Origin: Pristiophorus japonicus
Taxonomy: Eukaryota
NCBI RefSeq assembly: GCF_044704955.1
Contig: NC_091992.1
Location: 22,444,001-22,508,000 of the forward strand
Direction of reading: 5' to 3'
DNA length: 64,000 nucleotides
The translations under genes and the position numbers were made by a program. A model generated the notes under the pieces. The model did no database searches. It was not told the origin of the DNA and was given only the letters and a program-made list of their open reading frames with translations. Below are positions 24,301 through 35,493 of this stretch, piece after piece. How positions within the stretch are numbered: position 1 is the stretch's first letter; each line of letters opens with the position of its first letter.

Positions 24301-27150
24301 GTAATCCATTCAGCTTCTCGAATCCTTTGTGCTATTCAGTCAGCTCACGGCTCAAGTCCATTTTACCTGCCTTTGATCCATATCCCTTGATACCCTTACC
24401 TAATAAAAATCTATCAATTTCAGTCTTGAAAATTTTAATTGACCCAGCAGCCAGTTTTTTTGCAGGAGCGAGTTCACAATTTCCACTACCTTTTGTATAA
24501 AAATTAAAATGTTTTATTTCATTCCAGAATGTCCGGCTTGAATTTTAATATCATGCCTGCTTTTTCTGGATTCCACCATTAGAAGAAATAGTTTCTCTGT
24601 ATCGACCCTATTAAATCCCTTTATTATTTTAAACACCTCAATTAGATCACCCCTCAACCTTCGAAACTCAAGCCAATTTCATGCAACCTGTCCTCATAAT
24701 TTAACCCCTTTGAATCCCGGTATAATTCTGGTTAATCTGCACCGTACCCCCTCTAAGACCAATATACCTTCCCTGATGTGTGGTGCCCACACCTGAATGC
24801 AGTACTCCAGGTGGGGTCTGACCAAGGCTCCGTACAACGGAAGCATTACTTCCTCCCCTTTGTAATCCAGTCTCCTTGAAATAAAGGCCAACAATCCATT
24901 AACCTTTTTCATAATGGTACAGAAGATGTGTTGGGAAGCAATGAATTTTTCCCACACTTTGTAATAGTAAATATAGTAAAATAATAAAACTACTCATCAG
25001 TGAAAGGCCAGTAATGAAATCCCAACACCCCCAAAAATGGATTAAGTGAGTGTTCTTAGAGCAAACGCACTGTCTTGAGCTAGGGAATCAACGCTGGGTC
25101 TTGCAGTGTTCCAGCAAGCTGGCACATTATGGCTGATTTCTAGTTGTTATCTGATTGTAACCTGGACCTCTGTCATACATCTCCTTGTAACTTAATCTAA
25201 AGCTTAATTGGGGGAAGTAGGATTCCTGTCTAACCTGATCGTAGAAGTGTAGTATAAAATTATATATACAGTATTAAAAAAAAGTTTATTATTTATGTCT
25301 TCTATTGTCTAGGCCCAAGCTTTGGAATTCCTTCCCTAAACCTTTCCGTCTCTCTACCTCTCTTTACTCCTTTAAGACGATCCTTAAAACCTGCCTCTTT
25401 GACCACGCTTTTGGTCATCTGCCCTAATTTTTCCTTATGTGGCCCGGTGTCAAATTCTTTTACCTTGTAATATTCCTGTGTAGCACCTTGCGACGTTTTA
25501 CTACGTTAAAGGCACTATATAAATACAAGTTGTTGTTGTTGTATTCAATGATTCTAAATCCACTGGTCTGGTCCCACTGAATTTTCCCAAAAACTATTCT
25601 GCAGCTAGTGTCTGCACACATTTTTATGTACAGCATTATTCAAGTCACGTCCCATTTTCCAACGAGAATACAGTTGTCATTGAATTGGTGTTGATTTCTA
25701 AGACAGAGAGAAATGTACGGCTTGCAGTCACTTTGGAGCTGGAGGTCTAATAGATAACCAGCAGGAGAAAACGAACATTGTAACAAGCCTGGGAGTTGTC
25801 TTTCACACAAGCCAGAAGTGATGAGAGGTAAATATTATTTTCCAAAAAGGGACAATTCAAAATGTGATTCATTGCCTTTGCAATGCCCTGAGGACATGAA
25901 AGGCGCTATATAAATGTAGCCTCACGTTGTTAACTAATTACCTTTAAAGTTTCAATTCAATAAAATGGCTAATGCAGAATATGTAAATTATAGATGATCT
26001 TAATGGGAAAAGAGAATATTGAACATAAATAAACTTTGAATCCATATGAACTTTTGTAAATATGAATTAAATATTAAGTGTAGTTGAAGTGTGCAAATAC
26101 TGAACTGTATCACCAAATTTGACACACATTATTCAATTTATAGATGTTTAAAATTGTTGTCAGGTGACGAAAGCTCTCTGTTATTACTTAACATAATAAG
26201 CTGAGGGAAAAAAGCATTTAATATTAAAGATGATTGTTTTTGTAACTTTAGACCAGTGGTCCTGAAATCCTGGAACAGTTTCCTGACAGAGTGCTTTTTC
26301 TGGCCTGGCCAGACACAGACGGTAAGAAAGGAAGGGTTTCACACTCCTATTCGAGGGAGAATATTCTTTGGCTCAAAGTAATTATTATTCCTTCCCAATG
26401 GCATTCTGAGAAAAATGCCTTAACCTTAAGTATAATAGTCCAAAAGGTTCAAGTGTGGTTTGGCTGGGACATTCTTAGAATTCATAGCAATTAACTGATT
26501 GAAGCTTAGTTGAAACTCGAAGAATCAGAAGTAGCAAGGTGAAACTGTTTTGTACAATGCATTTACAAATTAAGAATTTTAGCAGTAAGATTTTGTTTTT
26601 TGTTGCACAATTTCTTCCTTGATTTCAAGTGCACAACACGATTATCTGAATAGCAAGGGTTGTAATTTATTTAATACATTGAATTGCAATTGTTACTTTT
26701 AATTTTAGCTAATATTAAAATAATGACAAGTGTGTGCAATTTGGTCAGAAAAGCATTTACCAGGAGGAAATAGCTAAAGTGGTTAACAGTCATGAGGTCA
26801 TTTGTAAGTATTGGAAATGGTGCTGCATTTGATAACGTTGTTTTTCTTCTGCAGAGTCTTCGACATTTTCTCTTGATTGTTTGAGCTATTTCAAAGGGAA
26901 CACCATCCTTCATGTTGGGGAGTTACTGGGTGAAACGCTGTCAGCTAATCACTGGGGACAGTCATCGTCTCGTGATTTCCAGCTGGCACTTGCAGAAGAT
27001 TTCTGCTGTCTGAGCAGAATTAAACTTCCAAACTGGCCAGGGCACTTAGATTCCTTCACCATGTGGGAAAGAAAGAGCACTCAACCAGTTGTGTGTGACG
27101 GAGCACATTTTCATTATGTGAACACTAAGTGCCGAGTGTACTTATCATGA
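21035..27150 (+). CDS. Uncharacterised class I (seven-beta-strand) SAM-dependent methyltransferase-like protein, 4 coding exons, 256 aa
   Basis: Exons 21035-21334, 23010-23114, 26252-26321, 26855-27150 all have GT-AG boundaries with matching phases (0,0,1); 771 nt = 256 aa + TGA. Motif I VVSAGA|GTGYW spans the exon 1/2 junction, followed by GVDLISFD, VLFLAWP, ILHVGE and LPNWP..DSFTMWER. CpG-rich region just upstream. Confidence 0.85.
21940..22930 (+). mobile_element. Highly degenerate CR1-like RT fragment in intron 1 of the methyltransferase-like gene
   Basis: WLMKFN..KVLHIG remnant and other RT C-terminal traces. Confidence 0.55.
23010..23114 (+). CDS. Methyltransferase-like gene, coding exon 2
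   Basis: ttttatgcag acceptor; GTGYWEYLLQSHGVDLISFDTNTVYPSEMRYSEIL; donor GTATGT. Confidence 0.85.
24285..24915 (-). mobile_element. CR1 3' fragment
   Basis: ALVRPHLEYC motif and CR1 3' UTR. Confidence 0.75.
26252..26321 (+). CDS. Methyltransferase-like gene, coding exon 3
   Basis: actttag acceptor; TSGPEILEQFPDRVLFLAWPDTD+G; donor GTAAGA. Confidence 0.85.
26855..27150 (+). CDS. Methyltransferase-like gene, coding exon 4
   Basis: tttttcttctgcag acceptor; (E)SSTFSLDCLSYFKGNTILHVGE...CRVYLS*, in phase with exon 3. Confidence 0.85.
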
Positions 27151-27747
27151 GTAATTTCGATAAATTAGACCATGTCATTCTCTATCTGGGAAATGCTGTC
27201 TATCATTTATTTTATTTAATAGGCCGACAAAATAGTAACACTCAAGCTGCCACTTTGAATCAATTTGAAGCAGCAGGATTTATACTTTTGTTGGACTCTT
27301 ACTGAAAAGCAATACATAAATCGAATGCAAACAGACTATGTTTTGGAAAACTAAGATGTTGGAGATGCTGGGAACATAATCCACTGGTGGTTAATGTGCT
27401 TTAAGCCTCATGACCAATTGCCTTTCTATGGTTTATTTCCCAGAACCCAACAACCTGTTCTGCTTGTCTACTGTATTTTATAATCTAGTAGAAAACAAGT
27501 CTGATGAGTCTCTTCAGTCAAGCATTTTAGAAACTATAGAACAAGTGATTGCTCGTGTGCCATTTGAGACAAGGAGAAGGGAAACATTTGATGACTTTTA
27601 TTTGAATATTTTAATAACCCAAGTTATTGCGATGAGATGTTAAATCAATCACAGTACACAGGTTGTTGTTCTATAACAGAACCAAGTGTACTATAGCTTT
27701 CCTCTGCAGCCTCTCTCTGATGCTCTGTTGACGTGTTGGAAAACGGT

Positions 27748-27895
27748 TTACTGCTGGATGCGGCGGAGTGACTGAACCTGGAAGGTCTGGGCATGGGATC
27801 CCCACTCTCTCCAGTGCTTGTATTCTCCAGCATGACGATCACATTCCATGATGTACTGGAAGCCACGATATCCTGGGTACTGGTAGCACACCCAT
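27748..27895 (-). CDS. cryba1l: Beta-crystallin A1-like exon 6 (Greek key 4)
   Basis: [48 protein letters not shown]; minus-strand AATAAA at 27597-27602. Confidence 0.95.
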
Positions 27896-30800
27896 CTGGG
27901 GCAGGAAAAGAGCATACTTTGCATAAATGAACTTTGAATCCATGTTAAGTTTCATAAGTATGATTTAAATATTAATGAAATTGAATATATTAAATAAAAA
28001 GATAATATAAATTTTATTGTTCTGATTCAGCATTTATCTACCAATGAAGCAATGGTACTAAAATCAACCCTTTCAAACCTCCAGGCCCACAACATTCAAA
28101 TGGAAGAAACCAGGGCATATTACTGCAAACAGACAACAATAACTTGTATTTATATAGCACCTTTAATGTAGTAAAACATCCCAAGGCGCTTCACAGGACT
28201 ATTATGAAACAACAAAAATTGACACCGAGCCACATAAGGAGCAATTAGGGCAGATGACCAAAAGCTTGGTCAAAGAGGTAGATTTTAAGGAGCGTCTTAA
28301 AGGAGGAAAAAGTGGAGGAGAGGCTTAGGCAAGGAATTCTGGAGCTTAGGGCCTAGCCAACAGAAGGCATGGCCACCAATAGTTGAGCAATTATAATCAG
28401 GGATGCTCAAGAAGGCAGAATTAGAGGAGCGCAGATATCTTGGGGGGGTTTTGGGGCTGGAGGAGATTACAGAGATAGGGAGGAGCGAGGCCATGGAGGG
28501 ATTTGAAAACAAGATGATAATTTTGAAATCAAAGTGTTGCTTAACTGCGAGCCAATGTAGGTCAGCAAGCACAGGGATGATAGGCGAATAGAACTTGGTG
28601 CAAATTAGGACACGGGCAGCCGAGTTTTGGATGACCTCAAGCTTACGTAGGGTAGAACATGGGAGGCCAACCAGGAGTGCATTGGAATAGTCAAGTCTAG
28701 ACCAAGCGCCAAGGTTTCTAGGGCTGAATTGGCAGGGTCAGAGACTGCAGAAGGCCCTCAGGCACAGCTTGGACACCCCTGCTTTGTTTATTTTTGAACT
28801 AGTTAGAATTGATCAACTAGAATATTTTCTTGAGGCCCAAGGTAAACTATAATTTTAGAAACAGAAAACCTGATATGATCATCATGCCCCTAAATGTACA
28901 AGACTTCACTGAATCCAGCTAAGTTTTCTTCCTTAAACTGCAATAACCCAACTTGACTTTTTTAAAACATGAAAGCACGACTTACGCGCCAGCTTGAATC
29001 TTCATGGATCCAACTTCATTGTTGCACCAGCCCATGGCTTGCAAAGAGGGATAGTCATCACACATCTCCCACTGTCTACCAATGAAGTTTTCCTTCTCGA
29101 AAATGACAATTTTGGATTCTTTATGGTGCTAAAGGAAAATGATAGTCATACATTGAGTACATTTGTAGATGCTGCAATACATTTGCAAATGGACTAAACA
29201 AAGTCAACTTTGAAATAGTAATCACAGTATACCTTTACCATTTAATATTTTGCATATGTCACAAATTTTACCATTCCTTTAACTCGCCTTTTAGAGACTA
29301 AAACTTAACCTTTCCTCGTAGCACACCACTTTACACAGGAGATTAATCTTGCTGCTCCTGTGCTCTTTTAAATTCAGTTACATTGCGGCATAATGACTCC
29401 ATCTAAATACACCATCACAAGCATGGCACGACAAGTGCATTGTAAAGCTTTAACATAACTGCCGCAGACTTCTGGTCTAGATGTACTTTTGAGCACAGTT
29501 AATTTTTCAATTGTGTTGCAACACTAACACCAGATATTGATAATGACATTACTCTACCATTACTGCCAAATCCCTTTCCATGTCTCTGTTCTAATACAGT
29601 TTCTAAAAACTGGTATAAAGACAAAGTCCCAAAAAGGTTAACCATGTAAACTTCTGTTTAATGAGTCACATTATCTTATTTGGTAATATATGTTGCACTG
29701 TCAGTTATGTGGAGTATATGTTATGCTAGCATCAAGCCCTACAGATAATGAATAGTAAACCAACTTACAGCAGAGCAAATGGGGCGGAAGGACATGAGTC
29801 TCTCAGTGTGGTAAGCATTGCTGCCACTCCAGGCGTCCCAGCAGGGGTACTCTCCTTTCTCCAGGATAAATTGTTGCCCAAAGAAGCTGGAATGTTCATA
29901 ACCAGCCCACCTACAAGAAGAAAATTGTTTGTGTCAACTTTTCAAAAATATATATATTTATGTTCTTCCCCCTATTTAAAAATTGAGAAACTCAAATAAC
30001 TCTTAATGTATTATCTATTGGCAATCATTTGCTGATTCATTCATGAGAACTTACACCTGCACAATGATGCAGTAAATATAAGTACTGGCCTGAGGGAGCT
30101 GTGCAGCAATTGCTTCCCCAATGGGGATCTTGAGGGTGCAGTACACCTATTGAGTTAATCTCTCCGGCAATAGTTAAAGTGAGGTTCCATCCTTTAAACT
30201 ACCTAGAACTGATTGAATTCCCCTTGATAAGCAAGATCTGAGATTGTTCTCAGGATAATTCCTTTAAAAGACTCGAGTATGGGATCTGAGTGTGCCCGAG
30301 TCCTTTAGTGTATCGGCCAGTGCTTCCTGCCATCCAGAGTATGCGTCACCTGCTCCTGTCTCAGTCCGAAACCATTACCCAACTGAATCCTACAGCTGTA
30401 ACCACCGAGGCCTGCCCACTGTTGTGACAATAAATTATACCGCACAAATACAATACGCCCAGATTTCCGAGATCTTCGACTTCCCTCCATCTGAACCAAA
30501 CTCCACCCATAAAGCCGGCTGCCTCTGACTCCCAAATACAAGTATCCTCCAATTGCGCTTGTTCGGGAGTGGGGAATCTATCAACGTTGCGACCACATTT
30601 TCAAATGCAGCAAGAAAGTAAGTAATTTTTCTGGTCTTTTAATTGCAATTTTTTTGAACGTTTTAAAACAAAATTATCTTCAATGAGGCCTGCTCCGTAT
30701 TTTCTGTTTCTTTTAAAGCATTTTTGTGGAAAAAGTATAAATCACAGTAAAACAGGAAAAGCTTACCCAATTGCAGATTCCTAGACGTGCTGAGTTTGAT

Positions 30801-31959
30801 GTGCATGAATGATGGTTCAATTAATTGAAATATATTAGCATGGGTTTCGCACTTCCTTGAGTCTCGATTTTTACGATATTTTATGCCCATTTATGGCCAC
30901 TTTAAGTTTGGACGTATTCTAATGGGACTGGGAGGATACTTGGGCATATCTTGACATTGGCAAAATAGGCACAACACCAGGCATATTTTTGGGTCAATCT
31001 TCCGGTTTGCACCCAAGGAGCAAACTCTAGGCCATACTGTCCTGAGATCAAAGCAAGTATTGTGCAGTGTGGGTTGACAGACAGACCTGTCAATCAGCTC
31101 TTTTACATTTTTTGCAATAGGAAAGCCTTTTTAAGGCCCCACCACATGCACATGCCATGGACATTGATGTGACGTGCACACGTTCGCAAACTAGTCTGGA
31201 AATCTGATTTGCTTCATAGAGAAGGCAAAGAATGCTGAGGGGAAGCAAGTTGTTTTCGGGGATTCCTGACGTCCAAGCTCAGTCTGGCTGGAGTTATACT
31301 GTCGCCCGACCACTGGAATTTGGGTGTGAAATCCCCAACTCAAGGGGCTTTCCCTCCCCCAGCTTTAGTGTGTCACTGTCGTGTGAAAACTGCTTTGCAT
31401 CAAAACAAAAAGTATCAGTGCAACTGCACCCTGAAATACATCGATACTGAGTTTAGGTCATAAACGCATGAAGCTGATCTAATTCCCTCCTTCGTTATCA
31501 GTGCCTAAATTAGCCAAACTTGTTGAGAGCAAATAAAAAAATACATTTCTGTGAATTGATTTCTTTGATTTGCAAATGATAGTTGATATTATTTAAATCC
31601 ATGATTGGTTAAGCTTGATAAGGTTTGCTTTGTAATTTGTTTCACAGTAACGGTTCGGGCTGAGTTTTTTTTGCTGTAAATATATGTAAAGGCTGTTGAC
31701 TCACGCTCCGCAATCGACTTTGATGGATCGAATATTGTCAAAACCACAATCCATGATATTCTTGCAGGATGCAGTAAATTCCATCCTCTTGCCCTGGAAG
31801 TTTTCTTGATCATAAACAGTAATCTGCAATAAAAAAACAATATTTACTCGTTTCATGATAAAAAGGACAGTACACAAAAGCAAAAGTTTCAATTCTGATT
31901 AAATATTGTCAAAAAATAAACAGTACCTTGAAAAGCGATGCGGGGTTTGTCTGCGCCAT
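27748..31959 (-). CDS. cryba1l: Beta-crystallin A1-like (acidic beta-crystallin), 5 coding exons, 194 aa
   Basis: Exons 31927-31959, 31705-31823, 29769-29910, 28986-29128, 27748-27895; 585 nt; one Greek key per exon; [56 protein letters not shown]. Family certain; CRYBA1 versus the cryba1-like paralog is inferred from sequence and linkage. Confidence 0.95.
28131..28700 (-). mobile_element. L2 3' fragment
   Basis: LADLHWL..DFKI motif; same tail family at 25308-25541 and 33625-33880. Confidence 0.75.
28986..29128 (-). CDS. cryba1l: Beta-crystallin A1-like exon 5 (Greek key 3)
   Basis: [47 protein letters not shown]; tttag / GTAAGT. Confidence 0.95.
29769..29910 (-). CDS. cryba1l: Beta-crystallin A1-like exon 4 (Greek key 2)
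   Basis: [47 protein letters not shown]; ttgtag / GTAAGT. Confidence 0.95.
31705..31823 (-). CDS. cryba1l: Beta-crystallin A1-like exon 3 (Greek key 1)
   Basis: [39 protein letters not shown]; ttgcag / GTGAGT. Confidence 0.95.
31927..31959 (-). CDS. cryba1l: Beta-crystallin A1-like, coding part of exon 2
   Basis: [11 protein letters not shown]; exon begins at 31983 after tttttag; donor GTACTG. Confidence 0.85.
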
Positions 31960-32206
31960 GTTTGTAGTTCGGAGTTTTTAAATCTAAAAACAAATCACAT
32001 AGCATAATCTCGCTTCATAAGGTGGCAATTCTTAGAAATGTATCAACATTTTATGCATTAAGAACCCGGCCATGCCCCGTATAGTGACTAAATTGGTGCT
32101 ATGAAGTCATTTACGAAGCAGGAATAAACGTCAAATAAATCGAGGCAAATTAGAGGAATTTGAAGTTAAAATGGGATAAAATAAAAATGAGGAACACACA
32201 ACTTAC

Positions 32207-32273
32207 CAGAGTTGATCTGTACAGGGTAGGTTCCAATAACTATTCTGTGTTGAGCTTCATTCTGGTATTTATA
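32207..32273 (-). promoter_or_regulatory. cryba1l: TATA box and short non-coding exon 1 of the beta-crystallin A1-like gene
   Basis: TATAAATA at 32266-32273 (minus strand); donor CTG|GTAAGT at 32206; typical beta-crystallin layout. Confidence 0.7.
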
Positions 32274-33125
32274 GTCAACCATTGAATAGAAAGTGAGAAG
32301 TGAGCGAGTCTGATTCGTGGTCCAGTGAGCAGCAGATACCGTGCACCAACATCCCATTGTTTGTGGCTGATCCCATGGATTTCGGTTTCAACTCTGCAAT
32401 GTGGTATGAGCAGAAAGATTAAAATCTGCATGTCCAGTATATGCATGAATAACCTTTAGCTTAAAAAAAAGTGGAACAAAACCGTGTAGAATACAGTTTA
32501 TTAACAAAAAATAACTGAAAGCAATATGAAAATATTTCACAGTGACCCTGAAATTACACCGTGAAATGCTAGTGAAGTATCGCTAATATATTTGTTTGCA
32601 ATTCATCTCTCCGGTATTTCAGTGAGCCCATTTAGAATAAATGAGTTATTTTTGCTGGTAAAATAGCAGAAAAAGAGGAATGTCAGGCAAACATGGCTAG
32701 CCTTTGACTGCTATTATCTCACGGCCTATACACTTGAAAAAGATTATCACATAAAATTAGGTGTTTGGATTTTCACTGAAAAGCTAAGGTTGTATTTATA
32801 TACATTTCGTATACTTAGAATATTCACATGCACAGTGTCCTGCTCCTGGAGAATATGTTTGAGAGCACGGGTGAGCAATCCACTCTACCCTCCAGTAAAA
32901 TCCCCAGGTATTTCAAAATACACCAAGCAATATTTAACCCAGGGTACTTTAGAGTTATACTGAAGGTGTAGATTTAGGGTTTTGAACTTCTCAAGCACTG
33001 AGTTATCAGGGTTTTAAAAAAGTAAATGCTGCAACTTTTATAAGCAATCAATTAGCTGTCAGAATGATGTTAGTAATTTCAGTTCTTCAAACCAAAATAA
33101 TTTTGTTTTAATGAAAGTAGACAAT

Positions 33126-34974
33126 GGCTTGGATTTTGCAGTAAAAATAATACTGAGGCTATCAGCATTCACCATTACTAAGTATAAATCGGACCGCAAT
33201 TTCCGGCGACCGCACATGTGCTGTTAAAGGTGGAAATCAGGAAGTTGCTGTTCGAGTTGCCCTGCTCTTCCAGAAGCTTCCATATCTCGCCAAGAGATTC
33301 AGCATTGAAACACATGAAGAGCATGAAGTTGCAGTATATACGTGATAGATACCCACTAAACTCGTCAGAAAAAGTTGGGGCCTGTCCATTCCAGTTTAAG
33401 TAATTTTTTAAACAGTGTGATTAATTACTGTCAAATAACCGTTCTGACATTGAAAATTAACTTTTACAAGTGTGGAGTCGCATTCTTTCAGCTTTTAATG
33501 GAGATTTACAAAATGTTAATAAAACCTTTTTTTTAAACTTTTTTTCTTTCTGTCTCTTTTATCTCTCGCTTAATACTATCTTTCTTTCCTTTTATTTTGC
33601 TTTCTGTACACAATTTGGCATTGAATTGGTGGCCATGCCTTCTGTTGCCTAGGCCCCAAGCTCTGGAACTCCCTCCCTAAACCTCTCTGCCTTGCTCTCT
33701 CTCTCTTTCCTCCTTCAAGATCCTCCTTAAAACCTACCACTTTGACCAAGCTTGGGTCACCTGTCCTAATTTCTCCTTATGTGGCTCGGTGTCAAATTTT
33801 TTGTCTCATAATACTCCTGCGAAGCGCCTTGGGACGTTTCACTACATTAAAGGCGCTATATAAATACAAGTTGTGTTGTTGAATTAAATATTCTAACTTG
33901 CACTTCCTGGTTCAGACTCAGCTTGCCTCAGTGAGAATTCTTCAATCTGATTGGTTAAGGAAATACACAATTGCTTACCCTGTATTACATTTTGGTAAGA
34001 AAAATAGGAAGGTCACATATTACTTGGAAAATAAGAATCTAAATGGGGTAGAGGAGCAAAGGAATCTAGGAGTACAAATACACAAATCACTAAAAAATAT
34101 CGACACAGGTTAACAAGACCATAAAAAAAAGCAAACCAAGCACTAGGTTTACTTCCAGGAGGAATAAAATTGAAAAGTTGTGAAGTTATGCTAAACTTGT
34201 ATCGAACCTTGGTTAGACCACATTTGGAGTACTGTGTGCAATTCTGGATCCATATTATAAAAAGGATATAGAGGCACTGGAGAGTGTGCAGAGAACGTTT
34301 ACAAGGATGATACCAGAAATGCGAGGGTATACCTATCGGGAAAGGATGAACAGGCTGGGTCTCACTTCTCTTGAAAAGAGAAGGCTGAGCGGTGACCTAA
34401 TAGAGGTCTTTAAAATTATAAAAGCGATTGATAGAGTAGATACAGGGAGAGTGTTTCCACCTGGGGCGGGGGGGGGGGGGGGAAGAGAGCATAACTAGAG
34501 GCCATCAATATACGATAATCACCAAGAAATCAAATTTGGAATTTAGAAGAAATTTCTTTGCCCAGAGTGTGTTGAGAATATGGAACTTGCTACCACAGGG
34601 AGAGGATAGAGGAAGCGAATAGTATGGATGCATTTAAGGGGCAATTCGATAACTTTATGAGAGAGAAGGGAATAGAGTGTTATGCTGATATAGTTAGATG
34701 AGGAAAGATGAGAAGAGGCTCAAGTGGAGCATAAGCACCAACCGGCATGGACTGGTTGGGCTGAATGGCCTGTTTCTGTGCTGTATATCCTATACAATCC
34801 TCTGTAATCCTATATTCACACAGATCCCAGATGCCCAGTAGAGGGCACTACGCTGTTTTGGCTTACTAATCACCGTAAGTTTCAGTGCAAAAGCCTATAG
34901 AAAGTCTGTGGGCAAGCGTAAATGTAATTAATGGTTTGCGTTGCTCGTTCGCCGCTGACTGCGAAATTTGGGCC
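33126..34974. mobile_element. Non-autonomous DNA transposon (PIF/Harbinger-like) with nested L2 and CR1 fragments
   Basis: TIRs ggcttggattttgcagt / actgcgaaatttgggcc; 3-bp TSD AAT; internally related to 19212-20374. Confidence 0.7.
33975..34815 (+). mobile_element. CR1 3' fragment nested in a MITE
   Basis: SLEKRRLSGDLIEVFKI; 3' UTR similar to 4145-4255. Confidence 0.75.
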
Positions 34975-35149
34975 AATGTTGCATATACAAAGTGAAAATT
35001 CAAACTCATTCAAGAACTCAAATGGGTATTTATCAGCAGAAACAAGCCGGTTTTAAATCTATGAATTAAGATGACAAAATACATTTACCCTGTTGTTTCT
35101 GGCTTCACTGATTGCAATTTTATGTTGCTGTGCTCGTGTGGATGTCGAT

Positions 35150-35493
35150 TGAAAGAAAAACTGCATTTATATAATGCCTTTCATGACCACTGGACAGCCC
35201 AAAGCGCTTTACAGCCAATGAAGTATTTTTTTTTTAAAGTATAATCACTGTTGTAATGTAGGAAATGCAGTAGCCAATTTGCGCTTAGCAAACTCCCACA
35301 AACAGCAAATTGATAATGACCACATAATCTGTTTTCTGTTATGTTGATTGAGGGATAAATATTGGCCAGGACACCGTGGATATCCTCCATGCTCTTCTAA
35401 GAAATAGTGCCATGGGATCTTTTACATCCACCTGAGAGAGCAGATGGGGCCTCGGTTTAATGTCTCATCCGAAAGACGACACCTCCGACAGTA
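35150..35493 (-). mobile_element. SINE of the same family, 5'-truncated
   Basis: Body and tail match 45987-46387. Confidence 0.75.

Noticed and set aside
21035-27150. Methyltransferase-like gene nested in a crystallin intron
   Set aside because: All crystallin exons map to 27748 and above, so the genes are convergent, not nested
30290-30600. Overlapping short ORFs in crystallin intron 3
   Set aside because: No recognisable motif or consistent splice phase; the crystallin CDS is complete without them
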